Origin: Chiloscyllium plagiosum
Taxonomy: Eukaryota
Length of the DNA stretch: 34,596 nucleotides
Reading direction: 5' to 3'
Assembly (NCBI RefSeq): GCF_004010195.1
Contig: NC_057752.1
Span: 6,752,811-6,787,406 of the forward strand
The notes below the pieces were generated by a model. That model was not told where the DNA came from, ran no database searches, and was given only the letters and a program-made list of their open reading frames with translations. Positions 34,087 through 34,596 of this stretch are shown here, in pieces (position 1 is the stretch's first letter; each line of letters opens with the position of its first letter). The position numbers and the translations under genes are program-made.

Positions 34087-34596
34087 AGAGTCCTAGAGAT
34101 GTACAGCATGGAAGCAGACCCTTCGGTCCAACCCGTCCACGCCGACCAGATATCCTAACCCAATCTAGTCCCACCTGCCATATCCCTCCAAACCCTTCCT
34201 ATTCATATGCCCATCTAAATGCCTCTTAAATGTTGCAATTGTACCAGCCTCCACCATGTCCTCTGGCAGCTCATTCCATACACGTACCACCCTCTGTGTG
34301 AAAAAGTTGCCCTATAGGTCTCTTTTATATCTTTCCCCACTCACCCTAAACCTATGCCCTCTAGTTCTGGACTCCCCGATCCCAGGGAAAAGACTTTGCC
34401 TATTTATCCTATCCATGCCCCTCATAATTTTGTAAACCTCTATAAGGTCACCCCTCAGCTGCCGACGATCCAGGGAAAACAGCCCCAGCCTGTTCAGCAT
34501 CTCCCTGTAGCTCAGATCCTCCAACCCTAGCAACGTCCTTGTAAATCTTTTCTGAACCCTTTCAGGTTTCACAACATCTTTCCGATAGGAAGGAGA
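34087..34596 (-). mobile_element. CR1 (HER1-like) LINE 3' end, cut by the window edge
   Basis: ORF 34312-34572 ERVQKRFTR...LRGDLIEVYKIMRG...ESRTRGH; tail 'agagtcctagagatgtacagc'. Confidence 0.95.

Noticed and set aside
1..34596. CRISPR arrays, rRNA or prokaryotic operons
   Set aside because: There are no regularly spaced repeats or dense coding; this is vertebrate intronic DNA.

Overview
Eukaryotic genomic DNA, almost certainly from a shark (HE1/V-SINE, SacSINE1-like Deu-SINEs and HER1-like CR1 LINEs; probably a carpet shark, inferred only from repeat motifs). The window holds two coding exons of an Ikaros-family zinc-finger gene on the + strand, best matching IKZF4/Eos: 818-985 (ZF2+ZF3) and 27873-28022 (VSSPT linker + ZF4). 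They are separated by a 26,887-nt intron packed with retroelements. These include many CR1 fragments, a decayed ~8.4-kb Gmr1-like Ty3/gypsy element with the unusual gag-PR-IN-RT-RH order and a tRNA-Pro PBS, a Penelope-like 3' end, and tRNA-derived SINEs. A probable second LTR element lies downstream of the second exon. The most unusual pattern is a set of short, mostly TSD-flanked fold-back insertions built around a decayed minimal hammerhead-ribozyme motif, whose inversion junctions repeatedly fall at the CUGANGA box. Most ORFs in the track are TE debris or chance ORFs. I found no convincing new protein-coding system. Repeat family names are from recognition of motifs, not database searches, and TE boundaries are approximate.
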